The notes under the pieces are model-generated. The model was not told the DNA's origin. It was given only the letters and a program-made list of their open reading frames with translations, and searched no databases. Made by a program: the position numbers and the translations under genes. A stretch of 4,516 nt of DNA, taken from the IMG/VR virus record IMGVR_UViG_2660238190_000008, one strand, 5' to 3'. Of the stretch, positions 1 through 4,516 are shown piece after piece. Origin of the DNA: a virus. Its lineage: Duplodnaviria > Heunggongvirae > Uroviricota > Caudoviricetes. How positions within the stretch are numbered: the first letter of the stretch is position 1; each line of letters begins with the position of its first letter.

Positions 1-288
1 TCAAAATCGGTGGAGCTGCATGACAAAGTCATCGGGCATTATCTGAACATAAAACACTATCAATAAGTTGGAGTCATTACCCCAAATTGGAGTTATAGCC
101 TCCATACCAGCAGTGATATCCCCTTTCTGCTCATCTGGACGAGCAAGTGATACCGTTAATGACTTAATTTCAGCATCTATTTTTTTCTGGCTAACTCCCA
201 CGTTAGGTGTTGAAAAATTCAATGGTGGCACACTAGCGCAACCTGTTAAAGAACCAATAATCATGGCTAATAATATTATCTTCTTCAT
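1..288 (-). CDS. predicted outer-membrane lipoprotein, 95 aa (mature about 78 aa)
   Basis: Complete ORF on the - strand (ATG at 288..286, stop TGA at 3..1). N-terminus MKKIILLAMIIGSLTGC has a basic n-region, hydrophobic core and lipobox L-T-G-C with Cys17; the residue after Cys is Ala, so no Asp inner-membrane retention signal. AAGGT Shine-Dalgarno lies 6 nt upstream of the ATG. No homolog recognised from memory. Confidence 0.6.
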   Translation of the reverse strand: MKKIILLAMIIGSLTGCASVPPLNFSTPNVGVSQKKIDAEIKSLTVSLARPDEQKGDITAGMEAITPIWGNDSNLLIVFYVQIMPDDFVMQLHRF

Positions 289-450
289 AAATTTACCTTA
301 TTGTTATAACCAAAGGAATTATAAAGTAAAAAAGTTCACTATCACTAGCCATTAACGACATCAATTTCAGAGAAACATGGTACTCATTTCCACAAATTTG
401 ACACAAGTCATTTTCATCTACATATTCCATCATACTTGATGCATATGTTA

Positions 451-479
451 TTGAAGCCTCTATCCTATCCGTTCATAAT
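451..479 (+). promoter_or_regulatory. sigma70-like promoter candidate for the small membrane protein gene
   Basis: TTGAAG (451-456), 17-nt spacer, CATAAT (474-479), about 65 nt upstream of ATG 545 in an AT-rich intergenic region. Hexamer match only; no experimental support. Confidence 0.3.
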
Positions 480-544
480 AGCAATAGTTACCCGGGTGAT
501 AGTACCTCTATGATTACTCGTCTTTCTGATTGATTGGATTAAAT

Positions 545-736
545 ATGCGCGCCAAAATTTATCAACTTTCGTTATGGATATTTATTTCGTTTCTAGCGAT
601 CTATGCCTTTATTATCTATAAAGGTTCTTATATTGGAGTAGCATTGCATCAAATTGCTTGGATCATCATTATTGCCTCTGGCTTGATTGCTAGGCTAACT
701 AAACCAAAGCAAAAACCAATTTCGTCCAATAATTAG
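545..736 (+). CDS. small two-helix membrane protein, 63 aa (ORF track extends it to a TTG at 530)
   Basis: ORF MRAKIYQLSLWIFISFLAIYAFIIYKGSYIGVALHQIAWIIIIASGLIARLTKPKQKPISSNN has two hydrophobic segments of about 18 and 13 residues separated by a short loop, with a basic C-terminal tail. First ATG is at 545; the TTG at 530 has no better ribosome-binding site. Sits in the AT-rich island with a promoter-like element upstream. No homolog recognised. Confidence 0.5.
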   Translation: MRAKIYQLSLWIFISFLAIYAFIIYKGSYIGVALHQIAWIIIIASGLIARLTKPKQKPISSNN

Positions 737-772
737 ACATGTATTAAAAAATGATATTTTTATGTACATAGT

Positions 773-949
773 CTATTGAAAATTGCCGCGATAAAATGCC
801 AACACCCGCTTCATCGCGGCACTCTGGCGACACTCCTTGAAAATCAGATTCGTGCTCACCTTTCCTTCCCGTTCTTCCCTGGTAGCGAACCGGTAATACA
901 CCGTTCGCCAGACCTTACCATCAATAACTAAGATTCCTGTCCGCGCCAT
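773..949 (-). CDS. hypothetical small protein, 58 aa, oriented against the pL-direction genes
   Basis: ORF on the - strand below the ORF-track size cutoff: ATG at 949..947, stop TAG at 775..773, translating to MARTGILVIDGKVWRTVYYRFATREEREGKVSTNLIFKECRQSAAMKRVLAFYRGNFQ. Balanced, protein-like composition, but only a weak AGG about 11 nt upstream as ribosome-binding site and several CGG/AGG codons. No homolog recognised. Confidence 0.35.
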   Translation of the reverse strand: MARTGILVIDGKVWRTVYYRFATREEREGKVSTNLIFKECRQSAAMKRVLAFYRGNFQ

Positions 950-1118
950 TTTGGCCGCAGCCTGATTTATGCTGGTTACTGTTGCGCCTGTTAGGCGCGA
1001 TCACTTTCGTCTACTCCGTTACAAAGCGAGGCTGGGTATTTCCCGGCCTTTCTGTTATCCGAAATCCCCTGAAAGCACAGCGGCTGGCTGAGGAGATAAA
1101 TAATAAACGGGGAGCTGT

Positions 1119-1310
1119 ATGCACAAAGCATCTCCCGTTGAGTTAAGAACGAGTATCGAGATGGCACATAGCCTCGCTCAAATTGGAGTCAGGTTTGTGC
1201 CAATACCAGTAGAAACAGACGAAGTATTTCATACGTTAGCCGCATCCCTTTCACAAAAGCTGGAAATGATGGTGGCGAAAGCAGAAGCAGATGAGAGAGA
1301 CCAGGTATGA
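1119..1310 (+). CDS. lambda orf63-like small protein of the pL operon, 63 aa
   Basis: ATG at 1119 with GGAG 5 nt upstream; 192-nt ORF, the same length I recall for lambda orf63 and in the same operon position. Its stop overlaps the next ATG in an ATGA motif (1307-1310). Confidence 0.7.
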   Translation: MHKASPVELRTSIEMAHSLAQIGVRFVPIPVETDEVFHTLAASLSQKLEMMVAKAEADERDQV

Positions 1311-1320
1311 CAACCACTGA

Positions 1321-1602
1321 ATGCATTTTTCTGGCAGCGGGCTTCATATTCTGTGTGCTTATGCTTGCCGACATGGGGCTTGTTCAGTGACACCTCAGCA
1401 GGAAAACGCCCTTCGCAGCATTGCCCGTCAGGCTAATTCTGAAATCAAAAAAGCCAGACAGCAGTTTCCGGATAAAAACGTCGATGACATTTGCCGTAGC
1501 GTACTGAAGAAGCACCACGAAACGGTAACGCTGATGGGATTCACACCGACTCATTTAAGCCTGGCGATCGGCATGTTAAACGGCGTCTTTAAGGAACGGT
1601 GA
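1321..1602 (+). CDS. hypothetical pL-operon protein, 93 aa from ATG 1321 (alternative 71-aa form from GTG 1387)
   Basis: Long ORF in the same orientation as the flanking phage genes. ATG 1321 has no good Shine-Dalgarno; GTG 1387 overlaps the stop of an upstream 27-codon ORF (GTGA) and has GGGG 9 nt upstream, so the true start is uncertain. Confidence 0.5.
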   Translation: MHFSGSGLHILCAYACRHGACSVTPQQENALRSIARQANSEIKKARQQFPDKNVDDICRSVLKKHHETVTLMGFTPTHLSLAIGMLNGVFKER

Positions 1603-1624
1603 GCATGAAAAACAAAATCATCAT

Positions 1625-1646
1625 GGAGCTACAGGCTCCTTTTTTA
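1625..1646 (+). terminator. intrinsic terminator candidate inside the pL operon
   Basis: GGAGC (1625-1629), loop TACAG, GCTCC (1635-1639), followed by six T (1640-1645) then ATTATT. The stem is short at 5 bp, so strength is doubtful; N-type antitermination would be expected to read through. Confidence 0.35.
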
Positions 1647-1700
1647 TTATTCGCATTCACCCTCAAGCGTATTAACCAACAATTCAGGGATTAATGAAAG

Positions 1701-1922
1701 ATGGCAGACATCATTGATTCAGCATCAGAAATCGAAGAATTACAGCGCAATACAGCAATAAAAATGCGCCGCCTGAACCACCAGGCTATATCTGCCACTC
1801 ATTGTTGTGAGTGTGGCGATCCCATAGATGAGCGAAGACGCCTGGCCGTTCAGGGTTGTCGGACTTGTGCAAGTTGCCAGGAAGATCTGGAGCTTATCAG
1901 TAAACAGAGAGGTTCGAAGTGA
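1701..1922 (+). CDS. TraR/DksA-family C4 zinc-finger protein, 73 aa (lambda Orf73-like)
   Basis: 73-aa ORF with C-x2-C ... C-x2-C spacing (HCCECGDP ... CRTCASC) and an N-terminal acidic/helical region, the TraR signature. Same length as F-plasmid TraR and lambda Orf73. Stop overlaps the Ea22 start codon in a GTGA motif. Confidence 0.85.
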   Translation: MADIIDSASEIEELQRNTAIKMRRLNHQAISATHCCECGDPIDERRRLAVQGCRTCASCQEDLELISKQRGSK

Positions 1923-2470
1923 GCGAAATTAACTCTCAGGCACTGCGGGCCAAGGCAGAAAAAGCAACGTGTGGTGAGTGGTCGCTCGAATATGGAGAGA
2001 GCCGATTTGATGGTGATGATGCGCTAATTCATCGTGAAGTTGCTGGATATATTCCTATTTGCAGAATTGAAGGAGCGCATCCAGAAAGCGGTTTCGATGA
2101 AGATTTCCAAATGGAACAGCAGGCCAATGCTGAATTCATCGCCGCAGCCAATCCCGCTACCGTCTTGGCGCTGCTGGATGAGCTGGAAAGAAACCAGCAA
2201 TACATCAAACGCCGCGACCAGGAGAACGAGGAGATTGCGTTAACGGTAGGGAAGTTGCGCGTTGAGCTTGAGGCAGAAAAACAGCGGGCAAAGGATCTGT
2301 TTATGGAAAATGCTCGGCTTAAGTCAGGTATAGCCGGTCTGATACACCTCGGTATTCGATATGCAGATGTTGAGGTCATGAGAATTGCTGGAGATGCCCA
2401 GCTTTCTACCCCATGCACTGACAGCATCATAAACAGCATTGCAACAGGCATTCGCATCAAAGGAGAGTGA
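1919..2470 (+). CDS. ea22: Ea22-family protein, 183 aa, GTG start
   Basis: N-terminus MSEINSQAL and C-terminus GIRIKGE match my recollection of lambda Ea22. Central coiled-coil-like segment (LLDELERNQQYIKRRDQENEEIALTVGKLRVELEAEKQRAKDL). Position between the TraR-like gene and ea8.5 is as in lambda. It is 3 nt longer than I recall for lambda ea22, so it is probably a variant allele. Confidence 0.8.
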   Translation: MSEINSQALRAKAEKATCGEWSLEYGESRFDGDDALIHREVAGYIPICRIEGAHPESGFDEDFQMEQQANAEFIAAANPATVLALLDELERNQQYIKRRDQENEEIALTVGKLRVELEAEKQRAKDLFMENARLKSGIAGLIHLGIRYADVEVMRIAGDAQLSTPCTDSIINSIATGIRIKGE

Positions 2471-2672
2471 TATGAGCAGGAATACGGGTTTGTAAAAGAT
2501 AACGCTTGTGAAAATGCTGAATTTCGCGTCGTCTTCACAGCGATGCCAGAGTCTGTAGTGTCAGATGATGACCGTACTCAAACATCGGGTTGAGTATTAT
2601 CTTACTGTTTCTTTACATAAACATTGCTGATACCGTTTAGCTGAAACGACATACATTGCAAGGAGTTTATAA

Positions 2673-2954
2673 ATGAGTATCAATGAGTTAGAGTCTGAGC
2701 AAAAAGATTGGGCGTTATCAATGTTGTGCAGATCCGGTGTCTTGTCTCCATGCAGACATCACGAAGGTGTTTATGTAGATGAAGGTATAGATATAGAGTC
2801 GGCATACAAATATTCCATGAAGGTTTATAAGTCTAATGAAGACAAATCCCCATTCTGCAATGTGCGAGAAATGACTGATACCGTGCAAAATTATTATCAC
2901 GAGTACGGTGGAAACGATACTTGCCCTCTCTGTACAAAACATATAGATGATTAA
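2673..2954 (+). CDS. ea8.5: Ea8.5, 93 aa, Cys/His-rich small protein
   Basis: AAGGAG Shine-Dalgarno 7 nt upstream of the ATG. 93 aa with Cys and His residues (CRHHEG ... CPLCTKH). Length and spacing to xis are exactly as I recall for lambda ea8.5. Confidence 0.85.
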   Translation: MSINELESEQKDWALSMLCRSGVLSPCRHHEGVYVDEGIDIESAYKYSMKVYKSNEDKSPFCNVREMTDTVQNYYHEYGGNDTCPLCTKHIDD

Positions 2955-2974
2955 ACCCAATATTACATAACAAT

Positions 2975-3030
2975 CCTCGCACTCGCGGGGATTTATTTTA
3001 TCTGAACTCGCTACGGCGGGTTTTGTTTTA
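2975..3030 (+). terminator. two tandem hairpin plus T-run elements (terminator candidates)
   Basis: Hairpin 1: CCTCGC (2975-2980), loop ACTC, GCGGGG (2985-2990), then ATTTATTTTA. Hairpin 2: AACTCGC (3005-3011), loop TACG, GCGGGTT (3016-3022), then TTGTTTTA. Each stem has one G-T wobble. Confidence 0.3.
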
Positions 3031-3042
3031 TGGAGATGATAA

Positions 3043-3210
3043 ATGCACTTCCGAGTCACAGGAGAATGGAATGGAGAGCCATTCAACAGAGTTATCGAAG
3101 CGGAGAACATCAACGACTGCTACGACCACTGGATGATATGGGCGCAGATAGCACATGCAGACGTAACCAATATTCGAATTGAAGAACTGAAAGAACACCA
3201 AGCCGCCTGA
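3043..3210 (+). CDS. hypothetical 55-aa protein between ea8.5 and xis
   Basis: ATG 3043 with GGAG 7 nt upstream, stop TGA 3208-3210, translating to MHFRVTGEWNGEPFNRVIEAENINDCYDHWMIWAQIAHADVTNIRIEELKEHQAA. Below the ORF-track cutoff. Position and length correspond to the small unnamed ORF I recall between ea8.5 and xis in lambda. Confidence 0.6.
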   Translation: MHFRVTGEWNGEPFNRVIEAENINDCYDHWMIWAQIAHADVTNIRIEELKEHQAA

Positions 3211-3223
3211 TGGCGGTTTTTTC
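3200..3223 (+). terminator. intrinsic terminator candidate just upstream of xis
   Basis: CCGCC (3203-3207), loop TGAT, GGCGG (3212-3216), followed by TTTTTT (3217-3222). The hairpin overlaps the stop codon of the 55-aa ORF. Confidence 0.45.
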
Positions 3224-3237
3224 TTGCGTGTAATTGC
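3224..3237 (+). promoter_or_regulatory. CII-type activator site (TTGC-N6-TTGC) of the int promoter pI
   Basis: TTGC (3224-3227), GTGTAA, TTGC (3234-3237), lying 13 to 26 nt upstream of the xis ATG. In lambda the CII-activated pI promoter starts transcription inside xis, so Int is made without Xis. Confidence 0.6.
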
Positions 3238-3249
3238 GGAGACTTTGCG

Positions 3250-3468
3250 ATGTACTTGACACTTCAGGAGTGGAACGCACGCCAGCGACGTCCAAGAAGC
3301 CTTGAAACAGTTCGTCGATGGGTTCGGGAATGCAGGATATTCCCACCTCCGGTTAAGGATGGAAGAGAGTATCTGTTCCACGAATCAGCGGTAAAGGTTG
3401 ACTTAAATCGACCAGTAACAGGTAGCCTTTTGAAGAGGATCAGAAATGGGAAGAAGGCGAAGTCATGA
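3250..3468 (+). CDS. xis: excisionase Xis, 72 aa
   Basis: Protein MYLTLQEWNARQRRPRSLETVRRWVRECRIFPPPVKDGREYLFHESAVKVDLNRPVTGSLLKRIRNGKKAKS matches lambda Xis as I recall it. The 3' end overlaps int by 23 nt, as in lambda. Confidence 0.95.
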   Translation: MYLTLQEWNARQRRPRSLETVRRWVRECRIFPPPVKDGREYLFHESAVKVDLNRPVTGSLLKRIRNGKKAKS

Positions 3469-4516
3469 GCGCCGGGATTTACCCCCTAACCTTTATATAA
3501 GAAACAATGGATATTACTGCTACAGGGACCCAAGGACGGGTAAAGAGTTTGGATTAGGCAGAGACAGGCGAATCGCAATCACTGAAGCTATACAGGCCAA
3601 CATTGAGTTATTTTCAGGACACAAACACAAGCCTCTGACAGCGAGAATCAACAGTGATAATTCCGTTACGTTACATTCATGGCTTGATCGCTACGAAAAA
3701 ATCCTGGCCAGCAGAGGAATCAAGCAGAAGACACTCATAAATTACATGAGCAAAATTAAAGCAATAAGGAGGGGGCTGCCTGATGCTCCACTTGAAGACA
3801 TCACCACAAAAGAAATTGCGGCAATGCTCAATGGATACATAGACGAGGGCAAGGCGGCGTCAGCCAAGTTAATCAGATCAACACTGAGCGATGCATTCCG
3901 AGAGGCAATAGCTGAAGGCCATATAACAACAAACCCTGTCGCTGCCACTCGCGCAGCAAAATCAGAGGTAAGGAGATCAAGACTTACGGCTGACGAATAC
4001 CTGAAAATTTATCTAGCAGCAGAATCATCACCATGTTGGCTCAGACTTGCAATGGAACTGGCTGTTGTTACCGGGCAACGAGTTGGTGATTTATGCGAAA
4101 TGAAGTGGTCTGATATCGTAGATGGATATCTTTATGTCGAGCAAAGCAAAACAGGCGTAAAAATTGCCATCCCAACAGCATTGCATGTTGATGCTCTCGG
4201 AATATCAATGAAGGAAACACTTGATAAATGCAAAGAGATTCTTGGCGGAGAAACCATAATTGCATCTACTCGTCGCGAACCGCTTTCATCCGGCACAGTA
4301 TCAAGGTATTTTATGCGCGCACGAAAAGCATCAGGTCTTTCCTTCGAAGGGGATCCGCCTACCTTTCACGAGTTGCGCAGTTTGTCTGCAAGACTCTATG
4401 AGAAGCAGATAAGCGATAAGTTTGCTCAACATCTTCTCGGGCATAAGTCGGACACCATGGCATCACAGTATCGTGATGACAGAGGCAGGGAGTGGGACAA
4501 AATTGAAATCAAATAA
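3446..4516 (+). CDS. int: tyrosine site-specific integrase Int, 356 aa
   Basis: 356-aa ORF starting MGRRRSHERRDLPPNLYIRNNGYY and ending REWDKIEIK, matching lambda Int from memory. Tyrosine-recombinase catalytic residues are present in the expected contexts (GQRVGDL Arg, HELRSL His-x-x-Arg, LLGHKSD His, SQYRDD Tyr). Stop TAA is the last codon of the window. Confidence 0.97.
   Translation: MGRRRSHERRDLPPNLYIRNNGYYCYRDPRTGKEFGLGRDRRIAITEAIQANIELFSGHKHKPLTARINSDNSVTLHSWLDRYEKILASRGIKQKTLINYMSKIKAIRRGLPDAPLEDITTKEIAAMLNGYIDEGKAASAKLIRSTLSDAFREAIAEGHITTNPVAATRAAKSEVRRSRLTADEYLKIYLAAESSPCWLRLAMELAVVTGQRVGDLCEMKWSDIVDGYLYVEQSKTGVKIAIPTALHVDALGISMKETLDKCKEILGGETIIASTRREPLSSGTVSRYFMRARKASGLSFEGDPPTFHELRSLSARLYEKQISDKFAQHLLGHKSDTMASQYRDDRGREWDKIEIK

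Larger units (their letters stand above)
1119..4516 (+). mobile_element. lambdoid phage/prophage segment: distal pL operon and integration module
   Basis: Co-linear set of lambda-type genes (orf63-like, TraR-like, ea22, ea8.5, xis, int) with overlapping stop/start codons and lambda-like spacing. attP and the prophage end are expected immediately downstream of the window. Confidence 0.85.

Noticed and set aside
68-355. 95-aa + strand ORF overlapping the lipoprotein gene
   Set aside because: It starts at a TTG, lies antisense to an ORF with a canonical lipoprotein signal peptide and good ribosome-binding site, and has no features of its own. Most likely a chance open frame.
530-544. TTG at 530 as start of the small membrane protein
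   Set aside because: No better ribosome-binding site than for ATG 545, and the ORF track reports any in-frame alternative start. The ATG is preferred but the TTG is not excluded.
737-772. AT-rich segment with the self-complementary ATGTACAT, considered as a bidirectional terminator between convergent genes
   Set aside because: No stable GC-containing stem could be drawn, so it is only AT-rich spacer as far as I can tell.
1189-1374. 61-aa - strand ORF antisense to orf63
   Set aside because: Lies entirely within better-supported + strand genes of the pL operon and has no ribosome-binding site.
1605-1694. 29-codon + strand ORF (MKNKIIMELQAPFLLFAFTLKRINQQFRD)
   Set aside because: The terminator-like hairpin and T-run at 1625-1646 fall inside it, so it is more likely intergenic sequence.
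2029-2538. 169-aa - strand ORF and 69-aa + strand ORF (2034..2243) inside ea22
   Set aside because: The - strand product is rich in Ser/Cys/Arg, typical of antisense translation, and the + strand one is an out-of-frame overlap. Ea22 has recognisable conserved termini.
3030-3185. Alternative ORF from ATG 3030 in a different frame from the 55-aa ORF
   Set aside because: The ATG at 3043 has a properly spaced GGAG and matches the lambda-type ORF position and length.
2718-3381. Three - strand ORFs (2718..3113, 3028..3381, 3110..3346) antisense to ea8.5, the 55-aa ORF and xis
   Set aside because: They overlap confidently identified + strand genes and the pI regulatory region, and show no start-site signals.
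3742-4265. Two - strand ORFs (3742..3948 and 4068..4265) inside int
   Set aside because: Antisense to integrase, with no independent support.
1-4516. CRISPR array, tRNA/rRNA genes or insertion sequence
   Set aside because: No repeat-spacer periodicity, no cloverleaf-compatible segment noticed, and no transposase-like ORF or terminal inverted repeats.

Overview
This window is the distal end of the leftward (pL) early operon plus the integration module of a lambda-like temperate phage or prophage, read here on the + strand. In order it carries an orf63-like ORF, a 93-aa ORF, a TraR/DksA-family zinc-finger protein (lambda Orf73-like), an Ea22-family protein, Ea8.5, a 55-aa ORF, Xis and Int. The window ends exactly at the int stop, so attP should lie just past 4516. 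From ea8.5 to int, gene lengths and spacings equal those I recall for phage lambda, and the Xis and Int proteins match lambda from memory. Upstream the window departs from lambda: where exo/bet/gam would sit there is a stretch with no long ORF, a 58-aa ORF on the opposite strand, and an AT-rich island (1 to about 780; hand counts about 30-40% G+C against about 45-53% in the lambda-like part). The island carries a lipoprotein gene (-) and a small two-helix membrane protein gene (+) with promoter-like elements between them. This island is the most likely site of an undescribed accessory function, possibly superinfection exclusion or a membrane-acting toxin/immunity pair, but sequence alone does not establish that. 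No rRNA, tRNA, CRISPR array or IS element was recognised. All homology statements are from memory and need a database search.
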